Assembly: GCA_028870995.1 (NCBI GenBank)
Contig: JAGWOI010000010.1
Span: 1,775-65,774, forward strand
DNA: 64,000 nucleotides
Direction: 5' to 3'
Origin: Candidatus Omnitrophota bacterium
GTDB taxonomy: Bacteria > Omnitrophota > Gorgyraeia > Zapsychrales > Fredricksoniimonadaceae
Shown here: positions 40,428 to 50,219 of the stretch, one piece after another
Layout of the letters: each line of letters opens with the position of its first letter
Numbering within the stretch: the stretch's first letter is position 1
Made by a program: the position numbers and the translations under genes
The notes under the pieces: model-generated
The model's input: the letters and a program-made list of their open reading frames with translations, nothing else
Database searches by the model: none
What the model was told of the DNA's origin: nothing

Positions 40428-41244
40428 AGTCATGCTTTCTTTAATGGTGGACGTGTTGATGATCCTTGGTATTGCCTTGGGCGGTTTTATTGCCCTGGTG
40501 CGCCATATGGAATCTGCCGGCGTATTTTTTCCCAGCCGCCAACTGGCCGCCAACCCTTCGGCCTTAGGATTGCCATGGGAGGATGTTTATTTTAAGGCCA
40601 GGGGGCCGGTCTCGCTCAACGGCTGGTTTTTTAAAAACCCAAAAGCCCGCGCAACGCTCATTTTTGCCCATGGCAATGCGGGCAATATCGCTGACAGGTT
40701 ATCAAGAGTAAAATTTTTTTATGATTTGGGTTTAAGCGTGTTGATCTTTGATTACCGGGGCTACGGCAAAAGCGAAGGCAAGCCCTCGGAGAACGGTATT
40801 TATTGGGACGGACAGGCCGCGTATGATTACCTGCAGTCCCGCGGCGACGTGAATATGGACAAGATCATTCTTTACGGGGCCTCCTTGGGCGGGTGTGTGG
40901 CCATCGATCTGGCCCTCAAAAGAAAGGCGGCTTTGCTCATTGTGGAGTCGTCCTTCACCAGCGCCAGGGACATGGCCAGGGTGCATTATCCCTTCATCCC
41001 TTCCATTTTTATCGGTCTTAAATTCAATTCAGTGGATAAGGTCAGGCATTTGGAGGTCCCCAAGTTATTTTTCCACAGCCCCCAAGATGAGATCGTGCCC
41101 TACAGCGTGGGCGAGAAGCTTTTCAGGGCTGCTGCCCAACCGAAGCAATTTTTAAAAATAGAGGGAGGGCATAACAGCGGCTGCCTTTCCCCCCAGGCGA
41201 TCGGGGAATTCGTGCGCCTGTTAAAACTCAAGGAACTGGTATGA
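40420..41244 (+). CDS. Alpha/beta hydrolase (ABHD13/17-like)
   Basis: HGNAGN; DYRGYG; GASLG nucleophile; DEIVP; GGHN. Confidence 0.92.
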   Translation: MSKVMLSLMVDVLMILGIALGGFIALVRHMESAGVFFPSRQLAANPSALGLPWEDVYFKARGPVSLNGWFFKNPKARATLIFAHGNAGNIADRLSRVKFFYDLGLSVLIFDYRGYGKSEGKPSENGIYWDGQAAYDYLQSRGDVNMDKIILYGASLGGCVAIDLALKRKAALLIVESSFTSARDMARVHYPFIPSIFIGLKFNSVDKVRHLEVPKLFFHSPQDEIVPYSVGEKLFRAAAQPKQFLKIEGGHNSGCLSPQAIGEFVRLLKLKELV

Positions 41245-42416
41245 AACTCCTCAAAAGAGACAAGACTTTCGTTATCGACAGCGACGGCAAGCGGGTGCAC
41301 TTAAGAGGCGTCAATTTCGGCGGATGGCTGATGATGGAAGCTTATTTCATGTACTCGCCTAACTGGCCGCAGCAAGTCTTTGAGAAGGAATTTGTCCGGC
41401 GGCACGGGGCCAGGGCCCTGGAGACGCTTGTGAAAAGCTTCAGGGACAATTTTATAGCCGAGGCCGACGTCAAGCAGGTGGCCTCCTGGGGGATGAACAG
41501 CATCCGCCTGCCGTTTCATTATAAGGTGGCCGAGGACAAGAAGGCCATTTCTTATATCGATCAGGCCGTTGCCTGGGCGCGCAAACACCAGGTCTATTTG
41601 ATCCTCGATTTGCACGCGGCTTATGGCGCCCAAAACCATGATTGGCATTCCGACAGCCTGGGACCCGCGGAATTGTGGACCAAGAAATCCAACCGCCACA
41701 AGACTTACTCATTATGGGAAATGCTGGCCGACCGTTACAAGGACGAAGCTGTTATCGCCGGGTATGATCTGCTCAATGAAGCTGTGCTGGAGAGCGCCGG
41801 TTTGCTCAATGAATTTTATCACCAATTGATCAAGGCCATCCGCCGCTGCGACAAAAATCATATGCTTTTTATCGAAGGCAAGCACTGGGCCCAGCAGATC
41901 GATGTGCTGGATGATTTTCCGGACGACAACTGGATCTACAGCATCCATTTTTACGAACCCATTGAATTTACCTTCAATTACGTGCCGTTTTTGACCTATC
42001 CATGGAAAGGCTATGACAAAGACGTTATCCGCCGGCGCATGGAGGGGTATTTCCGTCTCGCCCAAAAAATGCAACGGCCGGTGCATGTCGGCGAGTTCGG
42101 CGTCAATTACCGCCAGGGTTTCTACAATGAACATCTTTATCTAAGGGACGAACTTAAAGCATTTAATGACCTTGGCTTCCACTGGAATTACTGGACCTAC
42201 AAAGCCGTCAAGAACTACCTTCATCCCGACGGCATTTTCGGATACTACCCCAACAGCCCCTGGGTGAACAGACCGGCGGTAAAGCCGGGCTGGCATACGT
42301 GGGCCGATTGCTGGCCTAAATACAAGAATGAAATGGCCGCTTCCTGGCAGACCAGGGCCTTCAATCTGAACAACGAAGTGGCCAAGCAGCTTCAACAAGC
42401 GGCGAAAGCTTCTTAA
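41241..42416 (+). CDS. Glycoside hydrolase family 5
   Basis: LRGVNFGGWL; NSIRLP; DLH; LLNE acid/base; HFY; VGEFG nucleophile. Confidence 0.9.
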   Translation: MKLLKRDKTFVIDSDGKRVHLRGVNFGGWLMMEAYFMYSPNWPQQVFEKEFVRRHGARALETLVKSFRDNFIAEADVKQVASWGMNSIRLPFHYKVAEDKKAISYIDQAVAWARKHQVYLILDLHAAYGAQNHDWHSDSLGPAELWTKKSNRHKTYSLWEMLADRYKDEAVIAGYDLLNEAVLESAGLLNEFYHQLIKAIRRCDKNHMLFIEGKHWAQQIDVLDDFPDDNWIYSIHFYEPIEFTFNYVPFLTYPWKGYDKDVIRRRMEGYFRLAQKMQRPVHVGEFGVNYRQGFYNEHLYLRDELKAFNDLGFHWNYWTYKAVKNYLHPDGIFGYYPNSPWVNRPAVKPGWHTWADCWPKYKNEMAASWQTRAFNLNNEVAKQLQQAAKAS

Positions 42417-42549
42417 AGAAACCGCTTTTTAAATCCCCAAATGAGTTGCCTAAGATTTTGGTTTGTTGTAACATAGCAACAGTTAAGCCAAGGCCCACAG
42501 GCTCATTTTCATCCGGGTCTCTAATCCAACTATCTTTAAGGAGGGGAGT

Positions 42550-43077
42550 ATGAAGAAACTTGTGGCCTCAATGCTTGTTGTCGCGTTCTTTGCGACAGGT
42601 TGTACAGGTTCTTTTTCATTGACACACAAACTTTATAGCTGGCACCGTTCCCAATCCGATAAATGGTCCGACGAGTTATGCTTCCTGCTTGTCTCCATAA
42701 CGCCTGTGTACAGCCTGGCGATTTTTGCGGATGCCATCATTTTCAACTCCATCGAATTCTGGACAGGCAAAAACCCGGTGGATACCGCTTCCAATACGCC
42801 TTCCACCCGCATGGTTCAAAACGGCAAGCAGAAGCTCATGATGAGCTATAATGCCAAGACGGATCAGGTCAAGGTGGCCATGGCCGGCAATCACGGGATC
42901 ATTTTCCAACGCACCCCGGCAGGCATTTTGGCTAAGAACGATAAAGGCCAGGTCCTTTATTCTTCAATCCAGAATGAAAACGGCGACGTATCGGTTTATG
43001 ACGGCCAGGGCAAGCTGGTCAAGAATTATCCGGCCGGGCAGATCGCCCTGTTGAAGGAAAAATATATTCAACAATAA
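42550..43077 (+). CDS. DUF3332 family lipoprotein
   Basis: TGC.GSF.LT.KL..W; D..IFNSIEFWTG.NP. Confidence 0.88.
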   Translation: MKKLVASMLVVAFFATGCTGSFSLTHKLYSWHRSQSDKWSDELCFLLVSITPVYSLAIFADAIIFNSIEFWTGKNPVDTASNTPSTRMVQNGKQKLMMSYNAKTDQVKVAMAGNHGIIFQRTPAGILAKNDKGQVLYSSIQNENGDVSVYDGQGKLVKNYPAGQIALLKEKYIQQ

Positions 43078-43102
43078 ATGATCAATCGTCTTTTTTCATA
43101 GG

Positions 43103-43139
43103 AAAGGGCAGATAGTCATTGGCTATCTGCCCTTTTTTT
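43103..43139 (+). terminator. Rho-independent terminator
   Basis: aaagggcagatagtc-att-ggctatctgccc followed by a T run. Confidence 0.85.
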
Positions 43140-43142
43140 AAT

Positions 43143-44108
43143 ATGAAAAAATGGATACCCTTGTTGCGGTTTCTGGCTGTTTCCATGGTTGTGGTGTTCA
43201 TTCTGTCTGAGGCCAAAGATTTCCTCATTAAGACCTCCGTCGATATAGCTTCCCCCAAAATCATCGGAGCCAAGGTCGAAATCGGGTCCCTTTCAGTGGG
43301 GCTCCTGAGCCACAAGATCATTATCAAGAATTTCCGGATGTATAATCCGCCCGGATTTCCCAAGCAGGTTTTTCTGGTGATGCCTGAAGTGATGGTGGAT
43401 GTTGATGTGCCCCAGTTGCTTAAGGGTAAAATGCATTTTCCCTATGTGGTTTTCAACATGGATAAGGTCATCATCATCAAGAATAAGGAAAGAAAGCTTA
43501 ATGTCGACTCCTTAAAGATCGTCGAAGAGCAGCAGGCGGCCAACAAGGGGAAGCCCATGAAATTGCCTGTTTTTAAAATAGATACACTTGACCTTAATTT
43601 GGGCAAGGTGATTGTGGAAGATTATACCCATGCGCCGCCTGTGCGCGTTTCGGGTTATGATGTGGGCGTTAAAAACCTTAAGATCCGCAACATCAACGGC
43701 ATTCCCAAATTAGTGACGATCGTCCTGGTGGAGGCCATGAAACCCACTGCCCTGCGCAGCGCCGGTCTCTATGCGGCAACGGCCGTGCTGGGGGTCGGCT
43801 TCTTTCCGGCTGTGGCCATCGGCCTTGCCGTGGCCAAGGACACTGCCGACGCCGATTTGAACACGTCTTCATCCAGGGTGCACCGGGAGTGTTTAAGACT
43901 GATCGCGGACCTCAAAGGCACTGTCAAAAAAACTGACGAAGGCAAGGGCGAAATTTGGGCCAAGGTGTATAATTGCGATATCACCTTCACGATCCAGTCC
44001 AAGGGCTGGGAAAGGTGCCATATCAAGATCAAAGCCAGGCAGTTCATGCTGCCCAAATTAGAGACGGCCAACGGGTTGTTGTATCAATTGACGGAAAGAT
44101 TGAAATAA
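43143..44108 (+). CDS. AsmA-like protein
   Basis: N-terminal anchor; I.NF...NPPGF; beta-taco-like pattern. Confidence 0.65.
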   Translation: MKKWIPLLRFLAVSMVVVFILSEAKDFLIKTSVDIASPKIIGAKVEIGSLSVGLLSHKIIIKNFRMYNPPGFPKQVFLVMPEVMVDVDVPQLLKGKMHFPYVVFNMDKVIIIKNKERKLNVDSLKIVEEQQAANKGKPMKLPVFKIDTLDLNLGKVIVEDYTHAPPVRVSGYDVGVKNLKIRNINGIPKLVTIVLVEAMKPTALRSAGLYAATAVLGVGFFPAVAIGLAVAKDTADADLNTSSSRVHRECLRLIADLKGTVKKTDEGKGEIWAKVYNCDITFTIQSKGWERCHIKIKARQFMLPKLETANGLLYQLTERLK

Positions 44109-44927
44109 GTGGTAAGACTTGGGGCCTGCAGTAAAATTTTTATTTCTTTTTTATTATTTTCATTCGTCTATACGGCTTGCGCAAAGCAACTCAGCTCTCA
44201 AGAACAGCAGGCCCTTTCTTTCTTGCGCCGGAACATGTCGCCCGGCGACGCAAAGACCTTAAAAGATGATTTCCTGATGCAGGACATCCGCCTGGCGTAT
44301 CAGGCCGTCAAGGAAGTTCCCTGGGGCAAGAGCATCCCTCAGGATATTTTTTTAAACAATGTTTTGCCTTACGCTTCTCTCAACGAACGCAGGGATGACT
44401 GGCGCCGGGATTTCCACCGGCGGTTCATCCGTATAGCTGTTAAAGCCGGGACCATTGACCGGGCCGTGCTCATTTTGAATAAATATGTCTTCGAGACCCT
44501 GCACGTTTCCTACAATATAAACAAGCGTCCCAAACCGGACCAGAGTCCTTATGAATCCATGCAGGCGCATTATGCCTCCTGCACCGGGCTTTCCATTTTG
44601 CTGACCGATGCCCTGCGTTCCGTCGGTATTCCGGCCAGGATCGCGGCTGTACCCATGTGGCCAGACAACAGCGGCAATCACACCTGGGTGGAGATATGGG
44701 ACGGCCGGTGGCATTATGTGGGTGCCGGCGAATCAAGTTCCTTGGACCAGGCGTGGTTTACCCGGAAAGCTTCCCACATGGACCGCCGTCACCGCATTTA
44801 TGCTGCAAGTTTTAAAAGAACCAATCTGATCTTCCCCATGCGCTGGGCCCCTGATCTCAATTTCGTTTCCGCCGTTGACGTGACTAAAAATTACCAAATG
44901 GATAGGCAAAGCAAAAATAGAAGATAA
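44109..44927 (+). CDS. Transglutaminase-like (Cys-His) domain protein
   Basis: F..NVLPY; ASCTGLSILL..ALRSVGIPAR; NHTWVEIWDG.W. Confidence 0.85.
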   Translation: MVRLGACSKIFISFLLFSFVYTACAKQLSSQEQQALSFLRRNMSPGDAKTLKDDFLMQDIRLAYQAVKEVPWGKSIPQDIFLNNVLPYASLNERRDDWRRDFHRRFIRIAVKAGTIDRAVLILNKYVFETLHVSYNINKRPKPDQSPYESMQAHYASCTGLSILLTDALRSVGIPARIAAVPMWPDNSGNHTWVEIWDGRWHYVGAGESSSLDQAWFTRKASHMDRRHRIYAASFKRTNLIFPMRWAPDLNFVSAVDVTKNYQMDRQSKNRR

Positions 44928-45085
44928 AATTGTCCTATGGACCTCCCGGGGGTCAATTTATTATTATCCTCATCTTGTTAGCCTCTTGATTATCTTTGCC
45001 CAAAGTTCGGCGGTATCCCCGTTTATTTACACGTTATTTTAGGTTTTTTCTCTCAAGAGAGGTGAAAGTTGACTTTTGTTCATAT

Positions 45086-45103
45086 AATGATACACTATCT
45101 CAT
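45086..45103. promoter_or_regulatory. Putative Fur-family operator overlapping the fur -10 box
   Basis: aatgatacactatctcat; near-identical copy before mntH; TTGACT-16-TACACT promoter. Confidence 0.6.
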
Positions 45104-45574
45104 ATGAGTAGGTTCGATTCAAGGTCGACTTCTAAAATAGACCAGGAGAGGGGCAGGTTTTTAAAGCATTTGGCCAGGACAGGCCTTAGAGTAAGCCGTG
45201 GCCGTGAGCTTATCTTTAATGAGGTTATGCAAATCCATGGGCATTTTACGGCTGAGCAGTTAACAAAGAAATGCCAAAAGAAAAACCTTAAGGTTTCAAG
45301 GCCAACGGTTTTTCGCATCCTTCATGATTTGTTGGCAGCCGGTGTCATCCGTGAGACTGCTTTTGGGGATAAGCACCGTCATTTTGAACATGTATATGAT
45401 GAAAAACCGCATCACCATGCTTTTTGTATTTACTGTCATGGTTTTATTGAGTTCCCGGACATGAAGGAAGATATGGTTTATCATTCCATTATTGAGAAGA
45501 AAGGCTTTAAGATTTTGGGCCACGAGATGCATTTTTACGGTATGTGCAGAAAATGCCAGGAAAAGGCAGCATAA
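45104..45574 (+). CDS. Fur family transcriptional regulator (probably Mur-like)
   Basis: HFTAE; VSRPTVFR; HHH; CxxC and C-terminal CxxC. Confidence 0.93.
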   Translation: MSRFDSRSTSKIDQERGRFLKHLARTGLRVSRGRELIFNEVMQIHGHFTAEQLTKKCQKKNLKVSRPTVFRILHDLLAAGVIRETAFGDKHRHFEHVYDEKPHHHAFCIYCHGFIEFPDMKEDMVYHSIIEKKGFKILGHEMHFYGMCRKCQEKAA

Positions 45575-45590
45575 ATTTTTTTGGATTTCA

Positions 45591-45608
45591 AATGATACAG
45601 TATATCAA
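45591..45608. promoter_or_regulatory. Second putative Fur-family operator upstream of mntH
   Basis: aatgatacagtatatcaa; 7-1-7 palindrome TGATACA-G-TATATCA. Confidence 0.6.
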
Positions 45609-45633
45609 ACATTGGTTGGCAAGGAGAGGCGCG

Positions 45634-47058
45634 ATGGAAACGTGTGGCTCTAAATCAGCACAAAACGATGTCGAGGGTTCGGTTTCACGCGCCGGTGCGA
45701 TGTCTCTGGAAGGGATGCACAGTAGTGTTGAAGTGCCGTTGTCTCACGCCGGATTCTGGAAGCAGATGGCAGCTTACTTTGGCCCTGCAATTTTGGTGAG
45801 TGTGGCCTATATGGATCCCGGCAACTGGGGGACGGATTTGCAAGGTGGTGCGCAATTCAAATATGGATTGCTTTGGGTGGTGGCCGTAGCGAGCCTCATG
45901 GCCATTTTTCTTCAAGTCATTGCCACGCGGCTTGGGATTGCAACCGGACGGGACTTGGCTCAATGTTTATATGAATGGTACCCCAAGTGGACACGTTGGC
46001 CAAACTGGTTTATGGCTGAAATTGCCATCATAGCCTGCGATTTAGCCGAAGTCCTGGGGGGCGCCGTGGCGTTGAATATGTTGTTTCATATTCCTATTTT
46101 TTGGGGTGTTATCATTACCGGTGTCGACGTCTTGCTACTTCTGGCATTGCAACGGTTCGGCATGCGTACTATTGAAACCGTAGTTTTGCTGCTGGTGGCA
46201 ACTATTGGCATTTGCTATTTTATTGAAATTTTCGTTCTGCCGCAGACGCGCCCTGATTTTCAGGAAATGGGCCGGGCTATCATCGTGCCCGCTCTGGCTT
46301 CGCCCAGTATGGTTTATATAGCTATCGGCATTATCGGAGCCACAGTCATGCCGCATGTCCTGTATTTGCATCCCGCTCTGGTGCAGAGCCGTAAGTTTCA
46401 GAAGGATGGTGAATCTATCCGAAGGGCAATCCGATTCAATGCCATTGATACCAGCGTCAATCTGTCGGTGGCTTTTGTCATCAATGCCGCCATTTTGGTT
46501 CTTGCTGCGATTGTTTTTTACGGTAAAACCAGCGTTACGGTTGCCGGCGGACAGGTAGTGCACTTCAATGCTTCGACAGATTGGATTCAGGCCGCCAACC
46601 TGACGTTGGCCCCATTGATGGGTACATCTGCCGCGAGCATATTTTTTGCTGTAGCGCTTCTTGCCAGCGGGCAAAGTGCTACAATAGTAGGTACATTGGC
46701 GGGCCAGGTGGTCATGGAAGGGTTCATGCGGTGGAAGATTGCACCCTGGTTACGGCGTCTTATTACGCGTTCGTTGGCTATCATCCCAACAGCTATTTTT
46801 GTTGGTGTCCGCGGGGCTAACAATGTCAACGACCTCATAGTTTTAAGTCAAGTGGTTTTAGCGCTACAACTTCCGTTTGCCATGTTTCCTTTATTGCACC
46901 TTGCCGGTTCCCGTAAACGGATGGGAAAATGGCGGCCCAGCTGGTTTTTGCTTACCGCAGGATGGGGGTCAGCGCTAATTATAACGGCCTTTGACTTCTA
47001 CGGTTTGCCTGATGCTTTGAAGCAGGCCTGGGGCGTCATCACAGGTGCTGGCGGATAG
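45634..47058 (+). CDS. mntH: Nramp Mn2+/Fe2+ transporter MntH
   Basis: YMDPGNW; GATVMPH; GQVVMEGF; AGGAG RBS before ATG 45634. Confidence 0.95.
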   Translation: METCGSKSAQNDVEGSVSRAGAMSLEGMHSSVEVPLSHAGFWKQMAAYFGPAILVSVAYMDPGNWGTDLQGGAQFKYGLLWVVAVASLMAIFLQVIATRLGIATGRDLAQCLYEWYPKWTRWPNWFMAEIAIIACDLAEVLGGAVALNMLFHIPIFWGVIITGVDVLLLLALQRFGMRTIETVVLLLVATIGICYFIEIFVLPQTRPDFQEMGRAIIVPALASPSMVYIAIGIIGATVMPHVLYLHPALVQSRKFQKDGESIRRAIRFNAIDTSVNLSVAFVINAAILVLAAIVFYGKTSVTVAGGQVVHFNASTDWIQAANLTLAPLMGTSAASIFFAVALLASGQSATIVGTLAGQVVMEGFMRWKIAPWLRRLITRSLAIIPTAIFVGVRGANNVNDLIVLSQVVLALQLPFAMFPLLHLAGSRKRMGKWRPSWFLLTAGWGSALIITAFDFYGLPDALKQAWGVITGAGG

Positions 47059-47079
47059 ACAAGAAAAAAACAAAAAGAG

Positions 47080-47502
47080 ATGTATAAAAAAATTCTTGTA
47101 ACGTTAGATGGCACCTCAACCGATCGAGCCATCATCGAACACATCAAGCAGCTTGCGAAGTTTATGCAAGCCCAAATATTATTACTGCATGTGGCTGATG
47201 GTTGGGCCGCGCGTACTTTCGGTCCGGATGCCGTCAGCACTGAAATAACTGAAGATACCGAGTATTTGAACAAAGTTCAGATGGAGTTTCAATCTGCCGG
47301 TATTTCTGCCGAGACACAGCTGGCTTATGGCGAACCTTCCAAGGAAATCATCCGGTGTCTTGAACAAAAAGATTGTGATCTGGTGGCGATGAGCACGCAC
47401 GGGCACGGGCCATTGAAAGATTGGATCTTAGGCAGTGTGGCGGATGAGTTAAGACACCGGACCAGTGTTCCTATTTTAATGATCCGGGCATCTCATGATT
47501 AA
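47080..47502 (+). CDS. Universal stress protein
   Basis: YKKILV.LDG; DLVAMSTHG; GSVA. Confidence 0.93.
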   Translation: MYKKILVTLDGTSTDRAIIEHIKQLAKFMQAQILLLHVADGWAARTFGPDAVSTEITEDTEYLNKVQMEFQSAGISAETQLAYGEPSKEIIRCLEQKDCDLVAMSTHGHGPLKDWILGSVADELRHRTSVPILMIRASHD

Positions 47503-47562
47503 ACAGAGATGCACTTAACCTGGCTTTGCCCCAGGTCTCTGTCACAGATGCGTTTCTAATTT

Positions 47563-48336
47563 ATGAGTTCATTCAATGACTATTTAGCCGGCGGCCACGC
47601 CTGGAGTTTTGTCCCCGTGGCTGTTATTTTGGGGATCCTTCACGGCCTGGAGCCGGGTCACAGCAAGACCATGATGACGGCCTTTATCGTGGCCATCCGC
47701 GGCACGGTGGGCCAGGCCTTCCTGTTGGGTTTGTCGGCGACCATTTCCCATACCGCGATTATCTGGGTGCTGGCCTTCGTTGGTTTGCATTATTCTTCCG
47801 TTGTCAATGTGGAAGGGATGGAACCTTACTTTAAATTAGCCACAGGCCTCATCGTTATCGGTCTTGCCGGCTGGATATTTTACCGGACAAGACAGGCCCG
47901 GTTGGAGGCGCATCACCATGAACACGAAGACCATGACCATGATGATCATTTGGAGTTTGGTGACGCGCATGAGCGCCAACATGCCAGGGAACTGGAAAAG
48001 CACCTGGAAAACGGGCATGTCACCACAAGCCAGATCATCCTGTTCGGCCTGACGGGCGGATTGCTGCCGTGCCCGTCGGCATTTGCCGTGCTGCTGTTAT
48101 GCCTGCAACTGAAGAGATTCACGCTGGGCTTTGCCCTGGTTCTGGCCTTCAGCATCGGTCTGGCCGTCACGCTTGTCGGAGTTGGGGTCATTGCTGCCGT
48201 ATCCGTGAAGCATGTCAGCCGCAAGTTTGCCGGATTCGCAGAATGGGCCCGCCTAGCGCCCTACATCAGTTCAGCCGTCCTGGCGCTGGTGGGGCTCTTG
48301 GTGGTCTTGCAGGGATTGGGAGGAATTTCGCGTTGA
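47563..48336 (+). CDS. rcnA: Nickel/cobalt efflux protein RcnA
   Basis: LHGLEPGHSKTMM; His-rich loop; GLTGGLLPCP. Confidence 0.93.
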   Translation: MSSFNDYLAGGHAWSFVPVAVILGILHGLEPGHSKTMMTAFIVAIRGTVGQAFLLGLSATISHTAIIWVLAFVGLHYSSVVNVEGMEPYFKLATGLIVIGLAGWIFYRTRQARLEAHHHEHEDHDHDDHLEFGDAHERQHARELEKHLENGHVTTSQIILFGLTGGLLPCPSAFAVLLLCLQLKRFTLGFALVLAFSIGLAVTLVGVGVIAAVSVKHVSRKFAGFAEWARLAPYISSAVLALVGLLVVLQGLGGISR

Positions 48337-48369
48337 CAAGGGCCTTAAATTTCGGTATTCTACTCCTTC

Positions 48370-49659
48370 ATGTCTACCAAGTTAAAGAATAAGATCCTTC
48401 AACAGAAGGCCAGGGTGGCGGTGATCGGCTTAGGGTATGTCGGTTTGCCGCTGGCACTGGCTTTTGCCGAAAAGGGATTCAAGGTATGGGGCATCGATAC
48501 TGACCAGGACAGGGTGTCCCGTATCCAGGCCAAAAAGAGCTACATCACCGACGTGCCCAGTTCCTTCATGGCCCGCCTGGTTGACAAGAAGACCTTTGAG
48601 GCTACGACGGATTTTGACGCGTTGGCCCAGGCGGATGTAGTCATCATCTGTGTGCCCACCCCTTTGAAGCGTAAATACACTCCCGATATTTCCTATATTG
48701 TCAGCGCCGTCAGGAGCCTGGCCAAACATGTGCATAAGGACATGCTGGTCGTTTTGGAAAGCACCACCTATCCAGGCACGACGGAGGAGCTGATCAAGCC
48801 GGAATTGGAGAAAAGCGGCTTGAAGGTGGGCCGGGATTTTTATGTGGCTTTTTCCCCGGAGCGCATCGATCCGGGCAATAAGAATTTTGATGTGACACGG
48901 ATCCCCAAGGTGGTGGGAGGTTTGACAGACACCTGCACGGAATTGTCCGCGTTGCTTTACGGCCAGGCCATTAAACACGTTCACAAAGTCTCTACCGCCA
49001 AGGCCGCGGAGATGACCAAACTTCTGGAAAATTCTTTCCGCATCGTCAATATCGGATGGATCAATGAGATCGCCCGGATGTGCCATGCCATGGGGGTTAA
49101 TGTTTGGGAAGTGATCGATGCCGCCAAGACCAAGCCTTTCGGCTTCATGCCGTTTTATCCCGGCCTGGGCGTGGGCGGGCATTGCATCCCCGAGGATCCG
49201 TTGTACCTCTACTGGAAAGCCAAGCACCATGATTTCAGCTGTAAATTCATCAAGCTTGCGGCGGACACCAACCATGATATGCCGGCCTATGCGGTGGACC
49301 GCCTGAAGAAAATGGTGGCCAAGCCTTTAAAGAACGCCAAGGTCCTGGTATTGGGCGTGACGTATAAAAAGGACGTAAAAGATTTAAGAAAATCGCCGGC
49401 CATCAGGCTTATCGAACTGCTGAAAAAACAGACCAAGGTGGATTATTATGATCCCTTGATCCCGTTCCTTAAAATAGACGGGATAGACCTCAAAGCCATC
49501 GCATTGACCCCGGCCAAAATCAAAAGTTACGATGCGGTGATCGTTGCCGTTGACCATACGGCCGTTGATTACGACCTCATCTACAAGAATGCCCGCCGGA
49601 TCTTTGATACACGCAACATATATAAGGAAAAGAGGGACAAGAAGGTTGTTAAGCTATGA
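48370..49659 (+). CDS. UDP-sugar (UDP-GlcNAc-type, WbpA-like) dehydrogenase
   Basis: GLGYVGLP; CVPTP; ESTTYPG; SPERIDPG; GGHCIP. Confidence 0.93.
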   Translation: MSTKLKNKILQQKARVAVIGLGYVGLPLALAFAEKGFKVWGIDTDQDRVSRIQAKKSYITDVPSSFMARLVDKKTFEATTDFDALAQADVVIICVPTPLKRKYTPDISYIVSAVRSLAKHVHKDMLVVLESTTYPGTTEELIKPELEKSGLKVGRDFYVAFSPERIDPGNKNFDVTRIPKVVGGLTDTCTELSALLYGQAIKHVHKVSTAKAAEMTKLLENSFRIVNIGWINEIARMCHAMGVNVWEVIDAAKTKPFGFMPFYPGLGVGGHCIPEDPLYLYWKAKHHDFSCKFIKLAADTNHDMPAYAVDRLKKMVAKPLKNAKVLVLGVTYKKDVKDLRKSPAIRLIELLKKQTKVDYYDPLIPFLKIDGIDLKAIALTPAKIKSYDAVIVAVDHTAVDYDLIYKNARRIFDTRNIYKEKRDKKVVKL

Positions 49660-50036
49660 ACCTTAAGGCCATGAGGAATGCCCACCTGTACCTGGGCGTT
49701 TTTTTTGCACCCCTGCTCCTTTTTTTTCTTATCAGCGGCACGTGGCAAACCTTCGGTCTGCACGAAGCCTCCAAGGATGGCAGCTATAAGCCGCCGGCTA
49801 TCATTAAGTCTCTTTCCCAGGTGCACAAAAATCAGCGCTGGGTGGACGGCCACAAGGTGCCCAAACCTTCAGTGCCTTTCCGGTATTTGGTCCTTTTAAT
49901 GTCTTTAGGGATGATAGCCACCACGATTTTAGGCATTCTCATGGCCTTCAAATACAATCAGGCCCGGATCGTCTGGGTTTGTTTGTCCGTCGGGACAGCC
50001 CTTCCAATCCTTTTATTATGGCTTGCACGTCAGTAG
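49656..50036 (+). CDS. PepSY-associated TM-like membrane protein
   Basis: R..HLYLGVFFAP.LLFF..SG; three TM segments. Confidence 0.75.
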   Translation: MNLKAMRNAHLYLGVFFAPLLLFFLISGTWQTFGLHEASKDGSYKPPAIIKSLSQVHKNQRWVDGHKVPKPSVPFRYLVLLMSLGMIATTILGILMAFKYNQARIVWVCLSVGTALPILLLWLARQ

Positions 50037-50053
50037 GGCTTGGAAAATTTCCA

Positions 50054-50181
50054 TTGACAAATTAAGGGTATTATCTAAAATAAGTCATTAATTGACTTAT
50101 TTGAAGCTTGTTTTTTTATAGCTGTTCTTTCAGGGAACGGCTTTTTTAAATCCTACAAATAAGTCGAACAAAGACGTATAT
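50054..50181 (+). promoter_or_regulatory. Promoter with two 9-7-9 inverted-repeat operators and a terminator-like hairpin
   Basis: TTGACA 50054, TAAAAT 50076; AAATAAGTC-N7-GACTTATTT 50078-50102; AAATAAGTC-N7-GACGTATAT 50157-50181; hairpin plus T run 50120-50147. Confidence 0.65.
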
Positions 50182-50219
50182 AGCCGAAAAGCTTGATTCT
50201 TAGTCAGGGAGAGAAATAT

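Noticed and set aside
42417-42549. Riboswitch upstream of the DUF3332 gene
   Set aside because: Only a promoter-like TTGCCT/TAACAT and weak pairing; no recognisable aptamer consensus.
45575-45633. yybP-ykoY Mn riboswitch before mntH
   Set aside because: The spacer is too short and lacks the consensus; it is better explained by an operator plus RBS.
48430-49275. Long antisense ORFs (281 aa here; also 16277-16939, 19160-19837, 61902-62543)
   Set aside because: Shadow ORFs opposite well-supported genes, expected from GC3 bias; no motifs.
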